A stretch of DNA of 64,000 nt, taken from Octopus bimaculoides (taxonomy: Eukaryota). Location: positions 124,012,061 to 124,076,060 of the forward strand of contig NC_068985.1 of the NCBI RefSeq assembly GCF_001194135.2, read 5' to 3'. The translations under genes and the position numbers were made by a program. Shown here piece after piece: positions 38,333 to 51,440 of this stretch. Each line of letters begins with the position of its first letter. Position 1 is the stretch's first letter. The notes beneath the pieces were generated by a model, which saw only the letters and a program-made list of their open reading frames with translations, was not told the DNA's origin and made no database searches.

Positions 38333-38939
38333 TAGTTTGGGCCGAGTTGAGTAACCTACGGGATACCATAGTTACAACACACCAGAAGATGCTCGGTCAT
38401 ATACTCTCACAACCATGAAGAGACGTGCGAGATTTTCTTGACTGGAAGTAACTATGTGGCCAGGGTAAGACGACATTAGCTCAACGATAAGTATCATTGT
38501 CTATTATTAAGTAACTACAGAAGACTACTTTTGATACAATTCTTCCTTGTCACACATCCTCATCAATGACTTTCGTTAACCGACGTAAGACTGCAAGAAT
38601 CTCTTGATAGATATAAAATATTGTACTCGAAAGTAATTTCCAACAGATTTATTCACGACGAGCTCCAACTCATGCAATAAAGCACATAGTGGCTGGGTAA
38701 TAAATATGCCTTCGTTGAGTTGCTGTAGTGACATTTTCCTTTGCACTGGCGTATCGTGAGAAGACAAACTATTATCCGTATCAAGATGATTATTTGATTC
38801 ACTTGCATGAGTCATTGTAAGTTATCCGACCAATATAATATATAGAATATTTATTTTGTGAGTTTTTTTATATCTCACAAACTGAGTGATGTCGGACACA
38901 TTAGGATTGCAGGATAGCTCTTTATCACTATCATCATCG

Positions 38940-38941
<2 letters not shown>

Positions 38942-39021
<80 letters not shown>
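38942..39021. repeat. (ATT)n microsatellite
   Basis: Direct inspection. Confidence 0.95.
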
Positions 39022-39754
39022 CTTCTTTCAATTTTGTTTCTATTGACATGGTTGATCCATTTCCGTGTCATCCTGATACCTAGTTGAGCAGTTACAACTT
39101 TAGCAGTGGAATAGACAAGGTTATTTAAGGTTGTTGGGCCATTTCCCTTATTTCATAAGATCTAAGAGACACACGGGGAGAAAAATAATTTGTGATAAAT
39201 TTTGCTGTTGTTATTGTCTTAAATATTCGCAGAGAAAAACAAATAACACAGATCAAATTAAATGCAAGTGGACTTGGCAGCAATTTGACTTCAAAATTTC
39301 TGGTCACTTTAGTCAGTCAAATAAAAGAGAACATGTCGGCAGTATATCACAAAATAAGTTTATATTGTTACCTAAGAAATTTGCCATAAGCAAACAGAAA
39401 AATTGTAAACGTCTGCCTTGTGAAGTGCTGGAAGCGAAACAGGGACTGATCGATGTGAGGGAAAGTGTCATGTCGCTCGAATGTGGGAAAAATCATATAT
39501 ATCTGCCTAATAATCAAGACTGAAGTTGATGCGCAGCGACAAACAAATCCAGTGCGACATACACTAGTTTATTAGATCATAACACAATACGAAGACCAAG
39601 AAAATGCAAGAATAACAATTAGTGGCATTGTGAGTGATATTAAACCATGGATCATCGTTCATAAGAACAAGTCGTGAGCACAGAGGTCACAAGCAATGTC
39701 ATGCGGTCGGGAGAGAAACAAAACCAACGAGACAAGTAGTGTAGGGCAGAGACT

Positions 39755-40318
39755 GGATCTATTTTAAAACGGGGGCCACATTTTTCATTAATGTTTTACG
39801 TAGTGTTTTTGGTACGGAAAGACTTTCAAACTTCGTATACTTATCTATTTTGTGTTATAGAACAGAAAAATATTTTTGTATTCGAATTTATTTCATGTAA
39901 AAAATTGTCTTATTTCGATAATTTCAACCAATCACTGACAAGTATTCAGTTGTTTACATTTATTCCTTTGGCTGATTAAGCGATGTAAAGCGTATTTAAT
40001 CTCCATACCTTCGTTTTATTTGCTTTTTTCATTTTAAATTTGCTTTAACCCTAACCGTAGGGTTAGGGTTAGGGTTAATTGTTTCAGAATCGTTTGTTTA
40101 TGTAGTCGGCACTTAATGTATATCGGCTGAATGGACGTCAGTGATTGGTTGAAATTACAGAAATACGACAACTTTAACATGGAATATCTTAGGGATTTCT
40201 TTTTTTTTTTTAAGAAGACTAAGAGAAAAAGATGTTTTATATGACACATTCTACCAGTGTTCCAAATTTCAAAGTGTTTCGTTAATGAAAAATGTGGCCC
40301 CCGTTTTAAAAAAGATCC
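39755..40318. mobile_element. Merlin-like MITE with internal inverted telomeric repeat; copy 2
   Basis: Same TIRs as copy 1; exact 8-bp TSD cagagact (39747-39754 and 40319-40326); core (AACCCT)1-AACCGT-(AGGGTT)3 at 40047-40076. Confidence 0.92.
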
Positions 40319-41547
40319 CAGAGACTAGTAGAGTAGGGCACAAGCCTACTTGTGAGAGTCACTTAACGGTTTTCTAACGAGAATAACGAAAAAGTTCAGA
40401 GAAAATTCGAGAGGGAAAGAAATAAGAAAAAGCAACAGCAGTAACAATATTAGTAGTGGCAGTGGGTTTTCAGTCCAAAACTAGTTCTGATCAAGTAGTT
40501 ACAAAGTAACAACGCCAAAGTAGTTACAAACATAACAATGTCGTCTGCTGTTTTTCTTTTCAAGCAGTCTGATCTCGGATTATATCATCCCACGTGCTTT
40601 CATCTTTTTAAGATAGTGCTTCACTATTTAGTAGGGCGTGATGCTACTTTTTGAGCGTCCGGTGACTAGGTAAAGGATTCTATGTTGGACATGAGTTTTT
40701 TTTTTTTTTTTTGGTTTTGTAGTTATTGTTTCAGTTTTAAAGGTGCAGTAAAATTACGAAAACAAATTATATTTATTCCCAGACAGGCTGCCATAGTGTC
40801 TCAGAAGAAATACACTAAAATTGTTTCCTGTGGCTTTCTCTGACTAGAACTATAAAGTATGTGATTATGTTCAGGGAATGGTAAAATAGATTCATGATAA
40901 ATTACTTTCCCAAGTGTATTAGTAAAATAAAATAGCGACAAATGTAAATCAATAATGGGTCGCAGACGTAGCTTACTGAGAGGTTATCGTCTATTTTAAT
41001 GCGTTCGCTTCAGGAATTCATACATACACAACGTTTATTGAGGGTATGCGGTATTAAAATCTTGCTCAATGTTATCACCACCATAACTGATAAATGTAAA
41101 TTAGAATTTCAAAATTCCTAAACGGTTATCTCTTTGAATTCTATTTCAAGTACAGAATAAAGTTTAAGACGATAAATGTAAACAAAATGCTAATTTTTTT
41201 TAAATTCGGAAATCTAATTAAAAAGTTATTTCAAGACGTTTCTATCTCATATGAAAGGAAAGATTGAAGCATTTTATTGTCTAATCTGACATCGACAACC
41301 GTAACATGTAATGATCTTTAACTTTTGCAAAACAGCAAACATTGTTGCTTGGACGTAGTCTATTCATTCGCAACCAGTAACATTACTGGTACATATTCGA
41401 TCAAAACCAGAGATATAAAAAGCAAATTCATGTAGAATTTGAGCCAAGGATAGAATTAGATATAAGTGAAAGATATTATTATAAGGCATTCAGTCCGCAG
41501 TCCAACATTGTTGAACTTACTATCTTAATAACAAAATTAATAATAAT

Positions 41548-41695
41548 TCTTTCTAATTTTTGGAAGCAAATTTGAGAGGAGCAGAAAGTCGATTACATCG
41601 ACCTCAGTACTCAACTGATAGTCATACTATCAAGCCCGAAAGGATGGAAAACACTCTGAATGTATGTGCTAACGCTTTTACTAACTCACCAACTT
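41548..41695 (-). mobile_element. SINE family A, diverged and internally deleted
   Basis: gtcgattacatcgacctcagtactcaactg...cccgaaaggatg...gtgctaacg...actcacc. Confidence 0.65.
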
Positions 41696-42017
41696 ATGAA
41701 GATAATATTAATGCTAATGGTAATAACAATTCTTGTAAGATATATGTGCATGCGCGAATGTCGTGCAGCTGCAACTGGGCACATTACATATGCATCCACT
41801 GCACTTACTCGATGAACTCAGCCTACAGACATAACAACAAAAACACGTAACACGTACAAACACAACAATAAGAAATTAATATACAAAATCTCATGAATGC
41901 TCACACGTGCGCCTACATAAAGTGACATAAGTATAAATAAGTGGATTGTAAGATCTAGAACAGTAGTTCTCTACCTTTTCACGGTGGTTCCCAACAGTGG
42001 TGCCTACACCTTTTACT

Positions 42018-43042
42018 CAAATGTCAAAGGAGTGAAAGGAGAACGCTTGCCGAGTATTTGATAAATAGTGATGAAGGTCTTCTGCAACATACTGCGAAAG
42101 ATATGGGCGTAAATGCAGATGAAATGATGAGCAAGGAAGCGTTTAACAAAGAGCTGAGGAGAAGAGAAAAGACGACTTTCTTGAAATGAGAATGCACGGA
42201 CAGTTTGAAAGGAATACACAAGATGTTAAGGATAATACAGCATCGTGGGCATGGATTGAGTGAGGTGATTTGAAGCGTACCACCGAAAGCCTGATCAGTG
42301 CTGCAGAAGACCAAGCTCTCGCTACCAATTCAGTGAAGCATAACATCTATAAAACTCCTGACACCTAGGAACGCAGACTGTGGAAAGAGTGTGGAAAATG
42401 TGGATTTGAGAGCCTTGCACAAAAAGAATACAAACGCCTCTACGATAAAGTGTGTGTGTATCTTCATTTGGCTATTAAGCCGTAAATACCAATATGGAGT
42501 AACAGAGAACTGGTTTGAGCATGTACCAAGTAACGTTATGGAGAAGGATGGAAAAGTAACGATACTCTGGGGCTATGATTTTCAGACGGATCGTGTAATC
42601 GAACACCGTCGGCCGGATATTGTCATATTGAATAAGAGAGACAAATACTGTCAGATCATTGATGCAGCCATACCAAATGACTACAATATTGTGAGTAAAG
42701 AGGTTGAAAATATCACCAAGTAATACGAATTGAAAGTGGAAATAGCAAGACTGGATGGAAAGCGAGAGGGTAATGTAAAAGTGATACCAGTGGCGATCGG
42801 AGCGTTAGACTCAATCCCATTGAAACTTCAAGACTTCTTAAGGCAACTGGAAATCCCATGCAAGACTGATGTCTTGCAAAAAGTAGCCTTATTGTGCTCA
42901 GCGCACATCTTAAGGAAAGTATTATCTGTCTGAGGTCCTTGTTGTGACTTGACAGATGACTAAAGACTCCGGTGCATTTTTACTTATACTTTGTTACGAA
43001 GGAATAATAATAATAATGACAATGAAAATAATAATAATAATT
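42018..43042 (+). mobile_element. R4/Dong-type LINE, 5'-truncated, with intact 3' end and (AAT)n tail
   Basis: RMHGQFER; DLKRTTESLISAAEDQAL; WFEHVPSNV..VTILW..DFQTDRVIEHRRPDIVIL..CQIIDAAIPND; VIPVAIGAL; ILRKVLSV*; short 3' UTR, then aataataat. Confidence 0.92.
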
Positions 43043-43043
43043 A

Positions 43044-43096
43044 TTCGTATATTTTACACCAGTGTCACTTTGATGGCATGCACTGCTCTCTCACTC

Positions 43097-43155
<59 letters not shown>

Positions 43156-43180
43156 CAACAACAACAACAACAACAACAAT
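43044..43180 (+). mobile_element. Family E 3' fragment with (AAT)n-(AAC)n tail
   Basis: Matches 16960-17016 and is followed by a long AAT run. Confidence 0.7.
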
Positions 43181-43286
43181 CTTTACTACTAAAGGCACAA
43201 GGCTTGAAATTTGGTGGAGGGGGCTAATCGATTACATCGACCCCAGTGTTTCACTGGTACTTAATTTATCAACCCCGAAAGGATGG
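43181..43286 (-). mobile_element. SINE family A, 3' half
   Basis: ctttactactaaaggcacaaggcttgaaattt...atcgattacatcgaccccagtgtttcactggtac. Confidence 0.85.
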
Positions 43287-43307
43287 GGAATAATAATAAC
43301 AGTAATA

Positions 43308-43560
43308 AAGAAGAAGAAGAAGAAGAAGAAGAAGAAGAAGAAGAAGAAGAAGAAGAAGAAGAAGAAGAAGAAGAAGANNNNNNNNNNNNNNNNNNNNNNN
43401 NNNNNNNNNNNNNNNNNNNNNNNNNNNNNNNNNNNNNNNNNNNNNNNNNNNNNNNNNNNNNNNNNNNNNNNNNNNNNNNNNNNNNNNNNNNNNNNNNNNN
43501 NNNNNNNNNNNNNNNGAGGTGGAGGAGGTGGAGGAGGAGGACGACGACGACGACGACGGC
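43308..43560. repeat. (GAA)n tract, gap, then (GGA/GGT)n-(GAC)n
   Basis: Direct inspection. Confidence 0.9.
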
Positions 43561-43949
43561 AGAATGGTTTATCATGAGAGAACGTTAACTACTACGAGAA
43601 TATCATTTAACATTGTCTCATAAACGAATCAAAGCGGTAAGAAAATTTGATGAGTTAAAATGCAAATAATATTTGCAAAATTTATTGGTCTTTAGTTAAT
43701 ATAATTTATTTATTAAAAATGTGCAAATTGGCGAACATTCAGATACCATTTGATAGGAGTAAACAAAATAATGAAGCAGAGGTCATATATACCTACGACC
43801 ACTTGTACTCCTAATCACACGAAAATTTAGAAACCATACAAATAAAAGTTGTTTTATTCAGGCCAGTGACAAGATCGGCTTTCGTCTGTCCCAGTTCAAG
43901 CACAATGCTTCTCATCAACTTCAACCTCAGCAAGCTAAGGTTTCGATAC

Positions 43950-44710
43950 CAAAACATAAAATAGGCAAGAAAGACATTCCTGACGGATTGAGTACGCGAT
44001 GCGAAACTTTTCAGAGGTTCCTGTTTATTTTGGCTAACAAACTAGCACCACTGTACGTTGTAGTGATCCAGCCTCCAAAGTTGGAGGCACAATGCGCTGA
44101 TTTTTGCATAATCATTAGATTGAACCTGTTGTACGCTTTAGACTTACCTGAATTGATCAGAGCCCGTCGAAATCAAGACCTGTGTCAATTCTTGATAAGT
44201 TACATCGCATGAAATGAATATTGTTCTGGATTGGTCTGCCAAGAAAATCACAAGTTTCTGTCTCCATTTAATCTACCGACTAAAAGCGCCACTCTCTTGG
44301 CGAAGACCTTTATCAAAATCTTTAGCTCAAGTATTAACTAAAGTTATGGGCCTGAAATTGTCCATTATCTCCCTCTTGATCTGGCTCTTTTGAAGCAGAG
44401 CCATTGCTCCTTCGCTTCACACAAATTGAAATGCTCTCAGCTTGTTGCCAGTTGCAATAGACAGTTGACAAAACAATAGCCAACAAGTCTGGTACATAAC
44501 AATAAAATTGATAGGCAAACCGTCAAGTCTTGATGATTTGTCCATTGCACAATCTCCAACACGTATGCTATTTTATTTGTGAATCAGTTTTCTCAGCCCC
44601 CTTCGTCGATGGTCGAAAGACGAAACGCTTGACCAGCAGATCAGGTACAAAAGCCGGCCGTCTCCAATCCGTGCCCCCTCGCGAAAGTTTGGTAAAGTGT
44701 CACTGAAACG
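43950..44710 (-). mobile_element. L1/Tx1-type LINE RT fragment (pseudogene)
   Basis: Minus strand: HFTKLFAR, DKSSRLDGLP, VYCNWQQ, FRPITLVN, VFAKRVALLVGRL, GRPIQNNIHFMR, GALIN.GKSKAYNR, FGGWITTTYSG. Confidence 0.8.
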
Positions 44711-44719
44711 TTACCTACT

Positions 44720-44945
44720 ATTATTGTAACCGGATTCGGGAAAATCCTACCCGACCCTAGGCTCATTGGGCTGGTTTCCTTGTTTCTGTAGTTTTCCCAC
44801 TTCCCTGGACAGGAGGCCTGTCCGTCGCAGCTGAGGGGACTGTTTTTCTCAAGAACACAACGCATCACCCAGTTCAGGAATCGAAATCATAATCTTATGA
44901 TGAAGAGTGCAACATTCTAACCATTAATCTACGCGCCTCCACGTA
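44720..44945 (-). mobile_element. SINE with family B head and a different body
   Basis: ctcaagaacacaacgcatc.cc...caggaatcgaaatc...taaccattaatctacgcgcctcc is the reverse complement of the family B head. Confidence 0.65.
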
Positions 44946-46089
44946 ACCAGATTACCTCATGAAGAAATAACTTCTTTTTGTTCCAGTTTTACAAATAGAA
45001 GGCTTTTGAATAGTGTTATTACCTGGAGTAGAAGGGAGGGTTGTCTTTAGAGATTTTAACATGTTTACGCACTTGGACAATTATTGAATCATTTGCCACA
45101 TTTACACTGTTAGATGGCGGCACGGGGTATCGGAAAGAAGCGATCACCTCAGCGGTGGTACCAGTCGCTTCAGTAATGTAATCAAACACACCTCAAATTT
45201 ATTTTCAAAATTATTTTCAAAACATAAAAAGGATTTTTAAAAAAACAAGGACGATGAAATTATAAAAAAATACAGACACTTCCAGTTTTAAAATAGTTGT
45301 ACAATGGAACATGCAATGACAAAGAAAAAGAATAGCCTTGGAAAAGGTAAACAGTAGAAGCACTCACGAAAATACCATCACTAACAACAACAGCAACAGC
45401 AAGTGTATCTTTGGAAATGTTGTGAGTCAAAAAGCAATTTAAATTGAGCCAAGCTAATAAAAAATGAAAACATCAACAGTGATGGTAGCAGTAACGTAAA
45501 TAAGTACACCCTCGAAAATCGTTTTCAAGCGAAACAATAGAATTTAAAATCATTACTGAAATAATCATACATACAGCTTCCTGGGTCCTCACTACTGATT
45601 CTTGTAGCAATAGAAACTGAAAACATGAATGTCTGGAGACATTCATTTGTGTGATAAAAAATATATGAATACCAACAATAACAACAACACTCGTTTTATG
45701 CAAACTTAGTCATTCTGAACCAGCATAAGGAAAAGAAGAAAGAGTGGACGTAATAAGTCACAAAGTCAGTGATTCCATGTCCGACATATTTATGCAGGAA
45801 ATGACTCTGCGGAAGTTTACATAATTGTGCTTTGCAAAATAAATAAATGAAACAAATGTATCATATACCTTCAGAAATGAAATTAGTGAAATCTCTGACT
45901 TATGTGTGATAGGATGTCTGCTCACTCAACTGGGATAGATAATATGTAAACATGTACTTAGTTTTTTAAACCGAGTATGGAGCGACAGTATAACAACAGA
46001 TGGTACATCCCACAGGATAGTCTTGCAGTACATTGATCACAGAACCATAATCAGTGCAAGGATGTTGACTACTGGTTTGTCGTCAGCTT

Positions 46090-46620
46090 TGTTCATCAGT
46101 TTGGCAATGTGGTGAAAACAAGGATAGCTAACAATACCATATGGTTGAGTGAGTTCTATACAGAGGTTCAGGTCGTAACACTTCCACACCACCTTTGACT
46201 ACAACGTTACCGTGAAGCTGTACTCCATCAAGGGAACAAGCACTGACTTGAAGGCAGAAGATCCAGCTAATTTATATCTGGTAATAAAGACCACTTGAGA
46301 GCCTTTTATCCCAAAGTGGAGGGTTCGCAAAAGAAAGGAGGAAATCAAACAGAAAGAGCGGCATAAAATGAGAAACCGCTTGAGCAGATCATGAAAACGA
46401 AGCTTTGAACGTCCATGAGGTCTACTTCCGGTCTCGTTCTCCCTGAAGAGGACCATCTTTGGAAGCCGGTTACCGACATCCTAATCACATGGCCAACGAA
46501 GGGAAGAAGACGACGAAAGATGCAGGCCTCAATCAAACAGAAACAGCAGACCTTAGAAATGAGGATCATACCATAGCTACTACCAGGTACAGCCCCGAAA
46601 ATAGCGAGATCGAAGGAAAT
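46090..46620 (-). mobile_element. RTE-type (BovB-like) LINE C-terminal fragment
   Basis: IEACIFRRLLPFVGHVIRM..NRLPKMVLFRENETGSRPHGRSKLRFHDLLKR matches the RTE post-RT motif (GHVIRM...RLPK.VL.GEL..G.RPRGRPKLR.KD.LK). Confidence 0.8.
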
Positions 46621-46940
46621 GTAAAAAAAAAACTCTTCTTACTTTATGCTCCCAGCAACAGAGGCTAACAATGGTCGGGAAACCTAGGTAACTTGGCTTC
46701 CGGCACCAGACATTTCAAAAGTTACGAATAGCTGTATTACCCTATATCATTTGTTATATATTAGAAAAGACAATTCGTCGTCTACATATGGCCTCGACAA
46801 TTCAATGACAGTATGGATAGAATATTTCAAACACGTGATGTGCCTTGGTAGTCACTTATTGCAAGGGACAATCATTTTAATGGGATTAGGGTTTAAATTT
46901 TAGATCGAACAAAGAAGAAGATGCATAAAATGTTTTAACA

Positions 46941-46979
<39 letters not shown>

Positions 46980-47099
46980 NNNNNNNNNNNCATACATACA
47001 AACATACATATAAACACAAACACACACGCACACACACATATACATATACACATATACATATACACACACACACACACACACACGCACATATATATATAT

Positions 47100-47384
47100 T
47101 GACGAAATTATTGATATGACTGGTGTGTCCTGGAGCTCCAGCCAACGAATTGCGAATGAAAAGAGTTGCAGCAAAATTCGTACCTTGCTTGCTCACGGAA
47201 GATCAAAAGCAGTCACAACTGAATGCGAGTTATGAACTGAAAGAAGAGTTGGAAATTGATCCGGACCTCTTTTCGAAGGTCATCACTTGTGACGAAAGCT
47301 GGTGCTATGAAATTTGTAGTTGTCGAAGAGGTCAAGAAAACAGCGATGGGTGTCAAGAGACATCACTTCGCGAGATTTCCAGCA

Positions 47385-47385
<1 letters not shown>
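47100..47385 (+). mobile_element. Mariner transposase fragment, internally deleted
   Basis: LRMKRVAAKFVPCLLTEDQKQSQL...DPDLFSKVITCDESWCYE (WVP/KFVP motif and first catalytic D), then a jump to a C-terminal VEEVK segment. Confidence 0.8.
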
Positions 47386-47419
<34 letters not shown>

Positions 47420-47635
47420 TGTGTGCGTGTGTGTGGATGTGAGTGCGTGTGTGTGGATGTGTGTGTGTGTGTGGGCTCACACAATTTTAAACATGGCTTC
47501 GCTAGAGCATCGACGAAGAGTGCTAGTTAAGTACTGTCGTCGATATAATCCACAAATCGCGGCTCATCAAAAATTGCTGGCTTTGTACCTAAATCCGAAA
47601 TAATTTATAACCTTCCTTTTCTTCTTGATTTTCTT

Positions 47636-47721
47636 GTTGCTGTTGTTGTTGTTGTTGTTGTTCTTCTTCTTCTTCTTCTTCTTCTTCTTCTTCTTCTTCT
47701 TCTTCTTCTTTTTCTTCTTCT

Positions 47722-47800
<79 letters not shown>
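47636..47800. repeat. Compound trinucleotide tract (GTT)n-(CTT)n-(ATT)n
   Basis: Direct inspection. Confidence 0.95.
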
Positions 47801-47816
47801 GTAAACAATAATAATT

Positions 47817-47993
47817 AGGCGCGGGATTGGCTGTGTGGTGAGGAGTTTGTTTACCAACCATAGGGTTCCGGGTTCAGTCCAACTGCGTGGCACCTTGGGC
47901 AAGTGTCTTCTCATATAACCTCGGGCCGACCAAAGCCTTGTGGGTGGATTTGGTAGACGGAAACTGAAAGAAGCCCGTCGTATATATGTGCGC

Positions 47994-48029
<36 letters not shown>

Positions 48030-48230
48030 TTGTCCCCCCCCCCCACACACACACACACCATCGCTTGACAACCAATGGTGGTGTGTTTACGGTTCGGCAT
48101 AAGAGACCGATAGAATAAGTACTAGGCTTACAAGGAATAAGTTCTGGGATAGATCTGTTCGACTAAAGGCGGTGCTTCAGCATGGCCGCAGTGAAATGAT
48201 TGAAACAAATAAAAGAATAAAAGAATAAAA
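47817..48230 (+). mobile_element. SINE family C
   Basis: A box ttggctgtgtgg, B-box-like ggttcagtcc, gcaccttgggcaagtgtcttct core, internal (TG)n, tail aaaagaataaaagaat; colinear with 6762-7235. Confidence 0.9.
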
Positions 48231-49054
48231 TTATAAATAAGGCAAGAGAAGAAATTTTCTATGCCAATATGCTGAAAAATGGACTTCAGATCGTCTAGCC
48301 ACATACAATGTGATCTACAGTTTATTTTTCAGCATATTGGCATAGAAATTTTGTTTCTTTTGCCCTTTTTATAATTTTCACCTTAAAAGGTATTTTAGTA
48401 TCCTGGCCACAAATCATTTTTTAAAAAATCCTTACATTAGAAGTAGATGGGATTGCAAATACAGCCGGAAAAGAAACTCACAACTCATACAGCAAGATGA
48501 AATATAAATATAGCGGAGAACAGAGAGTGCGAAAAAATATAACTCCACCTATAAAGAAACAAAGCAAAGATAAGAGAGCAAAATAAAGAAACTGTATCAC
48601 AAAAATATAATGCAAAACATTTCACCTGTACAATGAGTTTAGTGTATCAGACGGCCGTATAAACATGACGATGCGTAAGATAGGGAAGAAAAATCAATCC
48701 GTTCACAGAATACTCTTATCAGATTGCTTTCTTTGTAACATGCCCGTCTATTTTGTTTAAACTGTTAATGTCTTATCCGTCAAGAAATCCGTCAAACGAA
48801 TTAATAAGTTTGTCGTGATACAAATAGGAAAATAGAGACACAGAATTAAAAGAACAAAAGAAATAATTATTTAAAGAAGGAGAGCGGCGCAGATCGCATT
48901 ACAAAATACATGGAAGCTGGGGATTAGATCAGATTATATTCCTCCCAATCAACTATCGGTAAACAAAGACTCAGTGTAGCACATGATCTTGTCCTCGTCT
49001 TTTGGTGAGTAATATATATATATATATGTGTGTATGTGTGCATTCTTGTACGAA

Positions 49055-49109
<55 letters not shown>

Positions 49110-49176
49110 NNNNNNNNNNNNNNNNNNNNNNNNNNNNNNNNNNNNNNNNNNNNNNNNNNNNNNNNNNNNNNNNNNN

Positions 49177-49232
<56 letters not shown>

Positions 49233-50320
49233 GTCTGCGATGTCTGCGAAGTTTATCAGCACTGTGTGTGTAGGTGCGGGTGTGTGGAGGGGGTGAATTT
49301 CTATTCTTTTATACTTTTACGGGCTTCAGTTGCTAAAATATGACTATAATGAAGTGTAGTTTTCATTATGATTGTTGGTTATATCAATTCCTACAATTTG
49401 TTGGTACTTGGCTCGACTACACTATAGCAAGAAAAGGCAAAATCGAGATGGATGAAATGGAAAATGATGACACGAAACCATATACATACGGTACGTAATA
49501 TACAGCTCCATTTTGGGCAACAAAAATAAACCAAGCGAAATTAAATGCATCCAACTACTGTATTAATTATCATCGCTTCCGAGTATTCAAATTCTACCGT
49601 TGAGGTGCCAGATTTGCTATTTCCTAACTCAATGGACATAATATGATAAGTACCCGAAATATACTCCGGTCCATTCAATTGACAAAATAATAATAAACAA
49701 TATAAACAGGCTCCCATAAAGAGCTATTTTGTTAAAAGAAATCTATTATTCAGTTTCTCTCTTTCTTTCTCTGCATGTATATCTATCTATATATATAGAG
49801 AGAGATATAGATATAGATATATTGAGATTGATAGTGACTTCGAAGTTTCCCATTTTAACTCATCAATCTCGTCCCATTATTTGATGAGGTACCATATTTA
49901 CGAAACTGCGTACTCATTAGCAGCTTTATCAAATAATAATTTAATATTACTCCACGTATCGAGTTTCCAGTTAATATTTGTTGTTTTTACATTATTAAAA
50001 GCACCAACATTTATATATATATATATATATATATNNNNNNNNNNNNNNNNNNNNNNNNNNNNNNNNNNNNNNNNNNNNNNNNNNNNNNNNNNNNNNNNNN
50101 NNNNNNNNNNNNNNNNNNNNNNNNNNNNNNNNNNNNNNNNNNNNNNNNNNNNNNNNNNNNNNNNNNNNNNNNNNNNNNNNNNNNNNNNNNNNNNNNNNNN
50201 NNNNNNNNNNNNNNNNNNNNNNNNNNNNNNNNNNNNNNNNNNNNNNNNNNNNNNNNNNNNNNNNNNNNNNNNNNNNNNNNNNNNNNNNNNNNNNNNNNNN
50301 NATGCATGTGTGTATGTATG

Positions 50321-50368
<48 letters not shown>

Positions 50369-50685
50369 TATGCATATGTATTGTATATATCTACAGCCAT
50401 ATACACATACATTTATATTTCTAAGTCCTTATGTTTGTCTGTGTGTTGGTGCGTTCGTGTGTGCGTGTGTGCGTGTGTGTATGTTAGTGTGTGTGTGTGC
50501 GTGTGTGCATATGTATGAATACACTCACACTCTCACACACACCTGTGTGCGTGTGTATGATGTTTTTAGGTTTTCGTTATGATTCGATTTTGGCAAGGCT
50601 CCTGTTTTTCAGTATCATTTCTATCAAATCATTTACCATACGTTTGCCAATAAATTCACTATAAAGCATATGAATATATATATTA

Positions 50686-50716
<31 letters not shown>

Positions 50717-51332
50717 AGTTTTTGCTTTTTGATAATTCTATTTTCATTTCATTTTCGATTCTGTCTCGGTCTAATGTGAATTCCTGTTCGGGCATGCGTA
50801 TGCACGTATTTACATTTGTTTATTTCTTACAGTATATACATATGTCTACAGATCCGTTCGTGTGAGTATGGGCACACACACAAACAAACACGCATGCGCG
50901 CAAACGCACATATAAACATCCATGTATACATTTAAATATAATGTATATTTATATACATACACGTACATACATATATAGCTATTATTCATGTAATAAATGC
51001 TTTTTCTGCCTGTTTCGGCTTCTCCTCTTAACTCTCTTGTCATATTCCTCCTTCTTCGTTTATTTATTTCTCTCCTAATATTATATAGACGATTTTTCTC
51101 TTTCTCGCCTTCTGACACCCCTCTTTCTTTCTCTCTCTTTCTCTCTCTCTCTCTCACTCTCTCTCTCTTTCTCTCTCTCTATCTTTCTCAGTTTGAGTAC
51201 GCACCTTCATGTATTTATACCCCACCACTATCTACGCGCTGATATGGCTTCCTAAAACCTTATCACAAACCAGTTTTCATAAAATTAACTTTTAAATTGT
51301 AATAATTCTAATCTTTGTAGAGCCTAATTGTA

Positions 51333-51440
51333 AAGGCGCTTAGCTCAGTGGTTAGAGTACCTGTCATACAATCATGACATTGTGAGTTCGATTCCTGGAC
51401 CGGGCTGTGTGCTGCTTTCTTGAGCAAGACACTTTATTTG
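51333..51440 (+). mobile_element. SINE family B, 5' part
   Basis: ggcgcttagctcagtggttagag...gtgagttcgattcctggaccgggc...cttgagcaagacactttattt. Confidence 0.8.

Noticed and set aside
38330-39720. Further RTE-like relics (TSSQENLARLF on minus; FILLPKKF on plus)
   Set aside because: Only one or two weak motifs each; too decayed to call.
40539-40670. 38-aa ORF (MSSAVFLF...) followed by a donor-like TAG|gtaaag
   Set aside because: Short, with no homology or promoter evidence; expected by chance at this window size.
44608-44636. Hammerhead-like string tcgatg-gtc-gaaa-gac-gaaacgc
   Set aside because: It lacks a proper CUGANGA core and stems I and III, and lies inside the L1/Tx1 RT reading frame on the opposite strand (RLSTID); most likely chance.
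51333-51410. tRNA gene
   Set aside because: A and B boxes are present, but there is no closed acceptor stem and it runs straight into the SINE B core; the same applies to the other SINE heads.
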